64,000 nt of DNA from Flavobacterium sp. (GCA_021740105.1 JAIPAM010000001.1:196239-260238); one strand, 5' to 3'. Counted from the stretch's first letter, positions 9,829 through 18,608 are shown. Notes: generated from the letters alone by a model not told the origin. Numbers and translations are program-made.

Positions 9829-11426
9829 TGAAAAAAATAGTTGTACTATTATTTCTATTGGTAATTAGTCATTCCAATTTTGCGCAACAACACAATGTGA
9901 TTTTTGTTATAGCAGATGATATTGGAGCCGACTATTGTGGATTTTATTCCAATTATACACAGTATAGCCCCATTCTTGATACCATCGCAATGCCAAATGT
10001 TAGGCGTTTATTAAGCAGAGGTGTTCGATTTAAAAATGCGTGGTCAAATCCAGTGTGCTCGCCTACTCGTGCTGGAATGATGACGGGAAGATATAGCTTT
10101 AGAACAGGAGTTGGAAATGCCATTGGAGGTGGCACTACATCGGTATTGAATACCAATGAAATTAGTATTCCACAATTATTAAATGTGTATTCTCCAAATG
10201 GAATTTCAAAAGCATTAATAGGAAAATGGCATTTACAATTGCCGTCGGTCGCTAATTATAGCAATCCAAATATAATGGGGTTTAACCATTACGAAGGAAG
10301 TCTATCGGGTGGAATTAACGATTATTTCGATTGGCAAAAAATTACAAATGGAGTCGCCTCTACCAATACAAATTACGCTACAACAGAGGTGGTAAACAAT
10401 TCTATTTCTTGGATTTCAGCACAGCCAACTACAAAGCCGTTCTTTCTTTGGATGGCATTCAATGCGCCACACAGTCCCTTTCATTTACCACCAGCTGGAA
10501 TGTATTCGGATACCACTTTGAGTGGAACAGCGGCAGATATTTCGGCTAATCCAAAAAAATATTATAAAGCTATGGTTCAAGCCATGGATCGTGAACTTGG
10601 TCGTTTATTTGATTATTTACAAAGTAGTGGAAAATGGGCAAATACAGACATCGTTTTTATTGGGGATAATGGAGATGATCCTGCAATTAATCAAGGTTCT
10701 GGAAGTGCAAAAGGGAGTGTATATCAGAAAGGGGTAAGTGTGCCTTTTATTATTTCAGGACCAACAGTTGTAAATCCAAACAGAAGTAGTGATGCGCTTG
10801 TTAACACCGTCGATTTATTTGCAACGGCATTAGAATTATTTGGATATTCCAACTGGCAATCGCAAATTCCTTCAAATAGACCAGTGGATTCAAAAAGCTT
10901 AATGCCGATATTATTAAATACTGCAACAGCTGTTAGGCCATGGGCATTTACAGAGGTTTTCAAAGATACTCCTACATCGGGAGATGGGAAAGCAATGAGA
11001 AATACGGGGTATAAATTGATAAAATTTGACGATGGTACAGAAAAATTTTTCAATTTAACGACGAATCCAACAGAAACGATAAATCAAAATTTACTTCTAG
11101 GAACTTTAACTACTACACAAATTTCCAATTACAATTATTTGTGTACCGAAATGACAAATTTAGTTGGAGGAACTTCGTTTTGTAACGCTTTAGGAGTTAA
11201 TGATGTAGGGCGACAAATTAATGTAAGTCCAAACCCATTTCATAATTTTATCTCCATAAAATCGGGTTCAGGAAATGAGAATTACAAACTGTATTCTAAT
11301 TTAGGCCAACTTATTTTCGAAGGAAAAGATATTGAAAATCAAGATTTTTCTTCGTTAGCAAATGGAATTTATTTCTTAAAAATAATGGATAAATCAACTT
11401 CAACTATCAAACTGATTAAAGAATAA
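9828..11426 (+). CDS. Cys-type (formylglycine) sulfatase with T9SS type-A CTD
   Basis: IADD, CSPTRAGMMTG signature, GKWHL, PHSPFH, GDNG; VSPNP...IKLIKE CTD; start overlaps the upstream stop (TAATG). Confidence 0.92.
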   Translation: MKKIVVLLFLLVISHSNFAQQHNVIFVIADDIGADYCGFYSNYTQYSPILDTIAMPNVRRLLSRGVRFKNAWSNPVCSPTRAGMMTGRYSFRTGVGNAIGGGTTSVLNTNEISIPQLLNVYSPNGISKALIGKWHLQLPSVANYSNPNIMGFNHYEGSLSGGINDYFDWQKITNGVASTNTNYATTEVVNNSISWISAQPTTKPFFLWMAFNAPHSPFHLPPAGMYSDTTLSGTAADISANPKKYYKAMVQAMDRELGRLFDYLQSSGKWANTDIVFIGDNGDDPAINQGSGSAKGSVYQKGVSVPFIISGPTVVNPNRSSDALVNTVDLFATALELFGYSNWQSQIPSNRPVDSKSLMPILLNTATAVRPWAFTEVFKDTPTSGDGKAMRNTGYKLIKFDDGTEKFFNLTTNPTETINQNLLLGTLTTTQISNYNYLCTEMTNLVGGTSFCNALGVNDVGRQINVSPNPFHNFISIKSGSGNENYKLYSNLGQLIFEGKDIENQDFSSLANGIYFLKIMDKSTSTIKLIKE

Positions 11427-11999
11427 ATGACCAGTTTAGAATCCCTTTATACTTATTTTCAACTAGGTTTCACGCATGTTATTCCTTTAGGTTTTGATCA
11501 TATACTTTTTATATTAACTTTGTTTTTTTTGAGTTCCAATATAAAAACGATGTTAATTCAATGTTCCGTTTTTACACTCGCACATAGTTTTTCATTGGCT
11601 TTAGCTGCATCAGGATTGATCATTCCTAATGCTAATATCGTAGAGCCTTTAATTGCTTTATCCATTTTATTTACGGCAATTGAAAACATCGTTCACAACA
11701 AAATAAACCCTTGGCGATTGGTTCTAATATTTGGCTTCGGATTAATCCACGGATTAGGATTTGCGAAAGCGCTAAATGAAATTGGAATGCCAAAAAATCA
11801 ATTTTTTAGTTCGCTTTTGTCATTTAATATTGGAGTTGAAATGGGTCAGGTTACCATAATAGTAGCGGCCTATTTTATAATCAGCAAGTGGTTTAGTAAA
11901 AAGATTTGGTATAAAGAAAGGGTTGTTTATCCAATTTCTTCGGTTATTGCCTGTATCGCTTTATATTGGGTAATAGAAAGAATTTTATTTCCAAATTAG
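11427..11999 (+). CDS. HupE/UreJ family membrane protein
   Basis: His motifs GFTH...GFDHILF, FTLAHS, FGLIHGLGFA, FNIGVE; hydrophobic; ATG directly after the sulfatase stop. Confidence 0.88.
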   Translation: MTSLESLYTYFQLGFTHVIPLGFDHILFILTLFFLSSNIKTMLIQCSVFTLAHSFSLALAASGLIIPNANIVEPLIALSILFTAIENIVHNKINPWRLVLIFGFGLIHGLGFAKALNEIGMPKNQFFSSLLSFNIGVEMGQVTIIVAAYFIISKWFSKKIWYKERVVYPISSVIACIALYWVIERILFPN

Positions 12000-13867
12000 T
12001 TTTTTACAATCAATAATGGAATGCCAATTTTATGGCGTAATTTATCTACGGTAGTTCCGAAAAGAAGGTCTTTAAATCCTGTGTGTCCATGGGTTCCCAT
12101 TACTAAAACATCAAAATCACCCTCATTTATAATTTTTGGAATTACAGAATTTGGTTTTCCAAACCCTAATTTAGTTGTTACTTTGAAACCTTTATTAGTC
12201 AACATTTCTTGGTATTCTTTCAATAATTTTTCATCTATTAAAGTTTCATGGTCATCGATGTTTTCTCCATAAACCAAGGCGCCAACGGTTTCAACTATAT
12301 GAATTAAAGTGTAATTAGCTTTTATTCCACCAAGTTCAAAAGCGCTATTTATTGCAATTTCATCTGCATCTGTAAAGTCAACTGACACGGCAATATTCTT
12401 TTTACTATACGTTTCGGAAGGCTTAAATTTTAAAACTAAATTGTGAGGAGAATGGTTTTCAATATTGTTTTTTGATTTTGAAAAAAACGGTTGGAAAACA
12501 ATGTAAATTAATAAAATTAAAAAGCCAACCGCCAACGGAACCACTGTTAACCACAAAACAATAGGATTTTCCGATATTTCCATCCAACCTTGAATTTCGT
12601 TGAAAACCAATTTTGCATTCAGCGAAACTATAATTGTAGCCACAAGCCATGAAGCAATTTGAGTGATTTTAGAAATTTGAAAATCTTTCATTTTCGATTT
12701 ATCACTAACAAAATGAATCAGTGGGATAATAGCAAAACCCAATTGTAAACTCAAAATTACCTGACTCAAAATCAGCATTTTTCCGGTTACGCTTTCGCCA
12801 AAAATAGAAATTACAATCACGGCTGGTACAATGGCTATCAATCGCGTTATAATGCGTCGAACCCAAGGTTGAATCCGTAAATTCAAATAACCTTCCATAA
12901 TAATTTGACCCGCTAAAGTTCCTGTAATTGTCGAACTTTGTCCTGCGGCTATTAGCGCAATGGCGAATAATATAGGCGCCCATTGAGTGCCTAACATTGG
13001 TTCTAACAATCGGTGTGCATCTTGAATTTCGGCCACTTCGAACAAGCCATTTTTGTAAAAAGTAGCGGCCGCCAAAATTAAAATGGCTGCATTTACAAAA
13101 AAAGCCAAGTTCAAGGCAATCGTACTGTCTATAAAATTATATTTCAATGCTTGTTTTATTCCAGCTTTGCTTCTATCAAATTTTCGGGTTTGAACCAGAG
13201 AAGAATGCAAATATAAATTGTGGGGCATTACCGTGGCGCCAATAATTCCAATCGCAATGTAAAGTGCTTCTTCGCTCGGCAAACTCGGAATCAAACCCTT
13301 CAATATACTTCCAACTTCTGGTTGCGCAAAAATCATTTCGAAAACAAAGGAAAACCCAATAATAGCTACCAAAGCAATAATAAAAGCTTCCATTTTTCGG
13401 ATGCCTTTATTGATTAAAAACAGCAATAAAAAAGTGTCCAAAACAGTAATCAAAACACCCTCCAAAAGCGGGATTCCAAAAAGCAAATTCAATCCAATTG
13501 CCATTCCCAAAACCTCAGCCAAATCGCACGCTGCAATTGCTATTTCGGCTAAAAAATAAAGTATGTAATTAATGAATTTTGAATAGGTTTCTCTAGAGGC
13601 TTGCGCCAAATCGCGTTGGGTAACAATTCCTAAACGAGCGCTCAAACTTTGTAAAAGCAACGCCATAATGTTGCTCATTAATAAAACCCACAGCAAAGCA
13701 TAACCAAACTGACTTCCGCCGGCCAAATCGGTTGCCCAATTTCCAGGATCCATGTAACCCACACTAATTAAATAAGCAGGTCCAAAAAAAGCAAGCAGTT
13801 TTCTAAATCCCGTTTTTTTATTTTGAGTTGGAACCGATTGGTTTACTTCTTCAAGTGATTTGCTCAT
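11996..13867 (-). CDS. mntH: Nramp divalent metal (Mn2+) transporter with C-terminal universal-stress-protein domain
   Basis: GYMDPGNW and GATVMPHNLYLHS Nramp signatures; C-terminal VAVDF-like...VMGTHGHTG...GTTVDKL USP motifs. Confidence 0.93.
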   Translation of the reverse strand: MSKSLEEVNQSVPTQNKKTGFRKLLAFFGPAYLISVGYMDPGNWATDLAGGSQFGYALLWVLLMSNIMALLLQSLSARLGIVTQRDLAQASRETYSKFINYILYFLAEIAIAACDLAEVLGMAIGLNLLFGIPLLEGVLITVLDTFLLLFLINKGIRKMEAFIIALVAIIGFSFVFEMIFAQPEVGSILKGLIPSLPSEEALYIAIGIIGATVMPHNLYLHSSLVQTRKFDRSKAGIKQALKYNFIDSTIALNLAFFVNAAILILAAATFYKNGLFEVAEIQDAHRLLEPMLGTQWAPILFAIALIAAGQSSTITGTLAGQIIMEGYLNLRIQPWVRRIITRLIAIVPAVIVISIFGESVTGKMLILSQVILSLQLGFAIIPLIHFVSDKSKMKDFQISKITQIASWLVATIIVSLNAKLVFNEIQGWMEISENPIVLWLTVVPLAVGFLILLIYIVFQPFFSKSKNNIENHSPHNLVLKFKPSETYSKKNIAVSVDFTDADEIAINSAFELGGIKANYTLIHIVETVGALVYGENIDDHETLIDEKLLKEYQEMLTNKGFKVTTKLGFGKPNSVIPKIINEGDFDVLVMGTHGHTGFKDLLFGTTVDKLRHKIGIPLLIVKN

Positions 13868-13870
13868 AAT

Positions 13871-14524
13871 TTATTGTAAATTTATATATAAATTTTCTGC
13901 TATTTTATTGGAAATAGAAATAGTCTTTGCGTTCAAAATAATTGTTAATGACTTATCAAATTCTTCACAGGAGATAACTTTTATTGTTGAACCTAAATAA
14001 ATATTTTGTTTGTCTAAATATTGCAAAAACACAGCTGACGAATTTTTAACCCCAACACATAAATAATCAGTATTTAATGTCGCTTCAGACAATAAAAATT
14101 TGTCTATTTTCTCTATTTCCCCCTTTGCATTAGGAATTGGATCTCCATGGGGATCAAACATTGGAAATCCAAGAAACGCTTCCAACTGATCTACTAATTT
14201 TTCAGATCTAATGTGTTCTAATTCTTCTGCAATTTCATGAACTTCATCCCAAGAAAAATTTAATTTATCAACTAAAAACACCTCCCATAATCTATGTTTT
14301 CTAACTATCATTTTTGCCGTATACAATCCTTTTTTAGTCAATGTTACCCCTTGGTATTTTTGATAAGAAACTAGGTTTTTTTCCGAAAGCTTTTTTAACA
14401 TGTCTGTTACTGAAGACGCTTTGGTTTCTATCATTCCTGCGATTGCATTCGTGTTTACACCTTTTGGAGAAACTAACGATAAATGATAAATTACTTTGAT
14501 ATAATTTTCTTCTGACACAGTCAT
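13871..14524 (-). CDS. mntR: DtxR/MntR family metal-dependent transcriptional regulator
   Basis: SEENYIK, VRKHRLWEVFL, AEELEH, DPHGDPIP; C-terminal FeoA/SH3-like domain; directly upstream of mntH. Confidence 0.92.
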   Translation of the reverse strand: MTVSEENYIKVIYHLSLVSPKGVNTNAIAGMIETKASSVTDMLKKLSEKNLVSYQKYQGVTLTKKGLYTAKMIVRKHRLWEVFLVDKLNFSWDEVHEIAEELEHIRSEKLVDQLEAFLGFPMFDPHGDPIPNAKGEIEKIDKFLLSEATLNTDYLCVGVKNSSAVFLQYLDKQNIYLGSTIKVISCEEFDKSLTIILNAKTISISNKIAENLYINLQ

Positions 14525-14541
14525 GATAAACATTTTTTTTA

Positions 14542-14549
14542 CAAATGTA
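14542..14549 (-). promoter_or_regulatory. -7 promoter box (TACATTTG) of mntR-mntH
   Basis: CAAATGTA on + equals TAnnTTTG on -, just upstream of the mntR start. Confidence 0.6.
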
Positions 14550-14578
14550 ACAATTAATTTTATTTAGATTAAAATAAT

Positions 14579-14596
14579 TTTTAGATTTGTCTAAAA
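14579..14596. promoter_or_regulatory. Candidate MntR/DtxR operator overlapping the -7 box (TAGATTTG, 14582-14589) of the divergent porin gene
   Basis: Perfect 7-4-7 palindrome TTTTAGA-TTTG-TCTAAAA; a second half-site TTTAGATT at 14563-14570. Confidence 0.65.
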
Positions 14597-14604
14597 TTAG
14601 TACT

Positions 14605-15348
14605 ATGAAAAAAAGTGTCATTTTCTTTATGATGTTTGTGGCTCAAACTTTTGTGGCTCAAATTAACGAACCAATTCAAGCGGACAGACCAGACCAAACT
14701 GAAACACCGGCAATTGTTCCAAGAGGAATGTTTCAAGTAGAAACTGGATTTACTTTTCAGAAAAATGATGAAATTAGCAAAACCAATACTTTACCAACTG
14801 CTTTATGGAAATATGGTGTCAATGAAAATTTTGAGTTGAGATTAATCACCGAATTTATATCAGAAAAAATTGACGAAAATACACAAGAAGGTTTAGCGCC
14901 AATATTTATAGGTTTTAAAGTAAAATTGGCCGAAGAAAAAGGCATTGTTCCCAAAACATCTTTTATTGCACATATTGGTCTCCCGAATGCTGCTTCCACA
15001 AAATACAAAACTGATTTTTATGCCCCCGAATTTAGATTGGTAATGCAGCACACTTTATCAAATAAATTTTCTTTAAGTTATAATTTGGGAGCCGAATGGG
15101 ACGGATTTTCTGCTGAACCAACTTTTATTTATACATTAACAACAGGTTATTCAATAACAAAAAAATTAGGATCTTATATTGAATTATTTGGTTTTTCTCC
15201 ACAAAACCAAAAAACCAATCATAATTTTGATGGCGGAATAACCTATTTGATAAACGATAATTTTATGTTAGATTTGTCTTCGGGCTTTGGTATTACAAAA
15301 AATGCTCCAAAAAATTATTTTGCAATAGGATTCTCCTTCAGAATATAA
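14605..15348 (+). CDS. Outer-membrane beta-barrel 'transporter' (Phenol_MetA_deg-like family)
   Basis: Signal peptide; DRPDQTE...VPxGxFQVETG N-terminal motif; alternating beta-strand pattern ending GFSFRI. Confidence 0.8.
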   Translation: MKKSVIFFMMFVAQTFVAQINEPIQADRPDQTETPAIVPRGMFQVETGFTFQKNDEISKTNTLPTALWKYGVNENFELRLITEFISEKIDENTQEGLAPIFIGFKVKLAEEKGIVPKTSFIAHIGLPNAASTKYKTDFYAPEFRLVMQHTLSNKFSLSYNLGAEWDGFSAEPTFIYTLTTGYSITKKLGSYIELFGFSPQNQKTNHNFDGGITYLINDNFMLDLSSGFGITKNAPKNYFAIGFSFRI

Positions 15349-15351
15349 CAC

Positions 15352-16515
15352 ATGAAACATTACAATTACATATTTGCAGGTGCAGGTTTGTCGGCTTTAA
15401 TGACGGTGTATAAAATGGTGCAATCGGGGAAATTCTCTGATAAAACCATTTTATTATTAGATGAGAACAATAAAAAAATCAACGATAGAACTTGGTGTTT
15501 TTGGGAAGAAAAAAGTGAAACTTGGGATGCAATAGTTACTAAAAAATGGAATCCAGCACTTTATGCAAATCCAAACCGATTGGTAGAAATTGATTTAGCG
15601 CCCAAAAAATACAATCAAATTAGAAGTATTGACTTTTATAATTTTGTTTTAGATGAAATTTCCAAACAAGAGAATATCACATTTGAAAATCAAAAAGTAG
15701 TAGAAGTTCAAGAAGTTGAAAATCAAATTACAGTCCACACAATTTCGGAAATATATACTTGCGATCAATTATTCAACAGTATTCTAAATCCTCTTGAAGT
15801 TGAAAATCAAAAACAATATCCGCTTTTGAAACAGCATTTTATAGGTTGGTTCATTCAAACAGAACAGGAAATTTTCAATCCGGAACAAGCAATGGTCATG
15901 GATTTTTCAGTGGAACAAAAAGGAAATACAAGGTTCATGTATGTGCTTCCAACCTCAAAAACTGAAGCACTTTTAGAATATACGCTTTTTTCGCAATCGC
16001 ATTTAGAAACTTCAGAATACGAATCGGAAATTGAACTTTATATTCAAAAATTAGGAATTACCAATTATAAAATTGTCGAAAAAGAACGCGGAAGTATCCC
16101 TATGTCGTGTTTCCCATTTTGGAAAAATAACACCAAAAGAGTATTAAATATTGGCTCTGCAGGAGGTTGGACAAAAGCAAGTACCGGATATACTTTCAAA
16201 AATGCCGATAAAAAATCAACGCAATTGGTTCAATTTCTTCAAAGTAAAACAGACTTCAAAAAGTTTCATAAAATAAATAAATTCTGGTTTTACGACTTGT
16301 TATTATTAGACATTTTATACAGAAAAAATGAAAAAGGGGCAACCATATTCTCTGCACTCTTCACAAAATCAAATCCCCAGTTGAATTTCAAATTTTTAGA
16401 TGAAGAAACCTCATTTTGGGAAGACTTACAAATCATTTGGAAATGCCCAAAAGGGCTTTTTGTAAAGGGTTTATTTGCCTTAATCTTTAGATATTCATTT
16501 AATATCAAACTATAA
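15352..16515 (+). CDS. crtY: Lycopene cyclase family FAD-dependent protein
   Basis: FAGAGLSAL dinucleotide fold, NDRTWCFW, MDF, RFMYVLP, GGWTKASTGYTF. Confidence 0.8.
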   Translation: MKHYNYIFAGAGLSALMTVYKMVQSGKFSDKTILLLDENNKKINDRTWCFWEEKSETWDAIVTKKWNPALYANPNRLVEIDLAPKKYNQIRSIDFYNFVLDEISKQENITFENQKVVEVQEVENQITVHTISEIYTCDQLFNSILNPLEVENQKQYPLLKQHFIGWFIQTEQEIFNPEQAMVMDFSVEQKGNTRFMYVLPTSKTEALLEYTLFSQSHLETSEYESEIELYIQKLGITNYKIVEKERGSIPMSCFPFWKNNTKRVLNIGSAGGWTKASTGYTFKNADKKSTQLVQFLQSKTDFKKFHKINKFWFYDLLLLDILYRKNEKGATIFSALFTKSNPQLNFKFLDEETSFWEDLQIIWKCPKGLFVKGLFALIFRYSFNIKL

Positions 16516-16621
16516 CAAAACTTTATAATTGAAATAAAAATTAAACTGCAATTCTCTTTATCTTTGTAGCAGATTTTACAATCTAAATTCAGAAATCAAC
16601 AATCTTAAATCATAAATAATT

Positions 16622-17032
16622 ATGTACCCAGAAGAAATGGTAATTCCAATGCAAGCTGAACTTACAGCTGCTGGATTTCAAGATTTACACAGTGCCGAAG
16701 CGGTGGAAAACGCCTTAAAACTAGAAGGAACAACGCTTGTAGTTGTAAATTCTGTTTGTGGTTGTGCGGCTAGAAACGCACGCCCAGGAGTAAAAATGAG
16801 TTTGGATGGCGCTAAAAAACCAACCAACTTAATAACTGTTTTTGCAGGCGTAGACAAAGATGCCGTTGATGCTGCAAGAAAACATATGTTTCCTTTTCCT
16901 CCTTCATCACCAAGTGTGGCTTTGTTCAAAAACGGCGAATTGGTGCACATGTTGGAGCGCCATCACATTGAAGGTCGCCCTGCAGAATTAATCGCGGAAA
17001 ACCTACAAGTCGCGTTTGCAGAATTCTGCTAG
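16622..17032 (+). CDS. BrxA/BrxB (YphP/YqiW) bacilliredoxin family protein
   Basis: VNSVCGCAARNARP (CGC motif), TVFAGVD, PPSSPSVALFK. Confidence 0.9.
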   Translation: MYPEEMVIPMQAELTAAGFQDLHSAEAVENALKLEGTTLVVVNSVCGCAARNARPGVKMSLDGAKKPTNLITVFAGVDKDAVDAARKHMFPFPPSSPSVALFKNGELVHMLERHHIEGRPAELIAENLQVAFAEFC

Positions 17033-17048
17033 TTTAAAAATAAATTAC

Positions 17049-17085
17049 AAAAACCTCTTCTAATTAATTTATGAGAGGTTTTTTT
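17049..17085 (+). terminator. Intrinsic terminator after the bacilliredoxin gene
   Basis: AAAACCTCT...AGAGGTTTT stem plus T-run. Confidence 0.7.
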
Positions 17086-17087
17086 AT

Positions 17088-17119
17088 TTTCAAATTGGTT
17101 CATTTCCAAATTTTCAAAT
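17088..17119. repeat. Degenerate 8-mer tandem array (TTyCAAAT x4)
   Basis: TTTCAAAT-TGGTTCAT-TTCCAAAT-TTTCAAAT in register, abutting a -7 box TATCTTTG at 17120-17127. Confidence 0.55.
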
Positions 17120-17184
17120 TATCTTTGTTCCAGAATTCTTCTATTTAGATTTCACATAATTTCTCAACTTAAACTGTTTATAGC

Positions 17185-18540
17185 ATGCAACTGTACAACA
17201 CCTTAAGCGCAGAAGAAAGAGCCATCATGATTGATGATGCCGGAAAACAAAGACTTACTTTGTCTTTCTATGCTTATGCGCAAATTTCAAATCCCACACA
17301 ATTTCGTAATGATTTATTCCTTGCTTGGAACCCACTCGATGTTTTAGGAAGAATTTATGTTGCCAACGAAGGAATTAACGCCCAACTTTCCTTGCCAGCA
17401 GACCATTTTTATGCCTTCAAAGACACTATTGAAGTTTATGATTTCATGAAAGGAATCCGATTAAATATTGCGGTAGAGCAAGACGATCTTTCTTTTTTAA
17501 AATTGACCATAAAAGTTCGAGATAAAATTGTAGCAGACGGTTTAGTGGACCAAACTTTCGATGTAACCAATATCGGAATTCACTTAAAAGCTAAAGAATT
17601 TAATGATTTACTAGAGGATCCAAACACCATTGTGGTGGATATGAGAAATCATTACGAATCTGAAATTGGTCATTTCACCAATGCCATAAAGCCTGATGTT
17701 GATACTTTCAGAGAAAGTTTACCTATCATAGAAAACCAACTTTCCGATCACAAACAAGACAAGAAATTATTGATGTATTGCACCGGTGGAATTCGATGTG
17801 AAAAAGCAAGTGCCTATTTTAAACATAAAGGTTTTGAAAACGTTTACCAGTTGGAAGGCGGAATCATAGAATACACTCGACAAGTAAAAGCGGAAGGTTT
17901 ACAAAGTAAATTCATTGGTAAGAACTTTGTTTTTGACCATCGATTAGGCGAAAGAATTACTGATGATATCGTTTCTCAATGTCATCAATGTGGCGCCCCT
18001 TGCGATGTTCATACCAACTGCGCCAATGAAGGTTGCCATTTGTTGTTTATCCAATGTGACTCTTGTAAATCAAATATGGAAGGTTGTTGCTCCGCAGATT
18101 GTGTGTCGGTAATTCACCTTCCTGAAGACGAACAAAAAGCCATTCGTAGAGGAATAAAAAACGGAAATAAAATATTCAAAAAAGGAAAATCTGAAGTATT
18201 AACCTTTAAAAATAATTCCGATGCCCAAGCTATTTTTGGAACCAATGAAAAAAAATCAACTGCTGTAAAAACTCCAAAAATTAAGAAAATATACATCGGG
18301 AAAGGAGAACATTACTTTCCAAAATCAAATATTGGACAATTTATAATTGAAGAAAATGAAATTAATATTGGCGACCAATTATTAATAAAAGGGGTTACAA
18401 CCGGGGAGCAAAAAATTGAACTCACAGAAATGTTAGTCAATGGAACCGATTCAAAAAAAGCGGTTGCGGGTGCTACTTGCACCTTTAAATTACCCTTTCG
18501 AATTCGATTATCAGACAAATTATATAAAATCATAGAATAA
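17185..18540 (+). CDS. trhO: Rhodanese-related tRNA uridine(34) hydroxylase TrhO-type with an extra C-terminal beta-barrel domain
   Basis: GRIYVANEGINAQ, DMRNHYESEIGHF, MYCTGGIRCEKAS, LEGGII, GKNFVFDHR, Cys-rich CHQC...C...C. Confidence 0.88.
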   Translation: MQLYNTLSAEERAIMIDDAGKQRLTLSFYAYAQISNPTQFRNDLFLAWNPLDVLGRIYVANEGINAQLSLPADHFYAFKDTIEVYDFMKGIRLNIAVEQDDLSFLKLTIKVRDKIVADGLVDQTFDVTNIGIHLKAKEFNDLLEDPNTIVVDMRNHYESEIGHFTNAIKPDVDTFRESLPIIENQLSDHKQDKKLLMYCTGGIRCEKASAYFKHKGFENVYQLEGGIIEYTRQVKAEGLQSKFIGKNFVFDHRLGERITDDIVSQCHQCGAPCDVHTNCANEGCHLLFIQCDSCKSNMEGCCSADCVSVIHLPEDEQKAIRRGIKNGNKIFKKGKSEVLTFKNNSDAQAIFGTNEKKSTAVKTPKIKKIYIGKGEHYFPKSNIGQFIIEENEINIGDQLLIKGVTTGEQKIELTEMLVNGTDSKKAVAGATCTFKLPFRIRLSDKLYKIIE

Positions 18541-18558
18541 TTTCTATAATTAATTTCC

Positions 18559-18596
18559 AAAACCGCTATTACTACTATTGTTACAGCGGTTTTTTT
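18559..18596 (+). terminator. Intrinsic terminator after trhO
   Basis: AAAACCGCT...AGCGGTTTT plus T-run. Confidence 0.65.
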
Positions 18597-18608
18597 AATT
18601 TGAAAAAA

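Noticed and set aside
15352-16515. Orphan lycopene cyclase as part of a pigment cluster
   Set aside because: No crtB/crtI/crtZ nearby; dispersed crt genes are unremarkable in flavobacteria.
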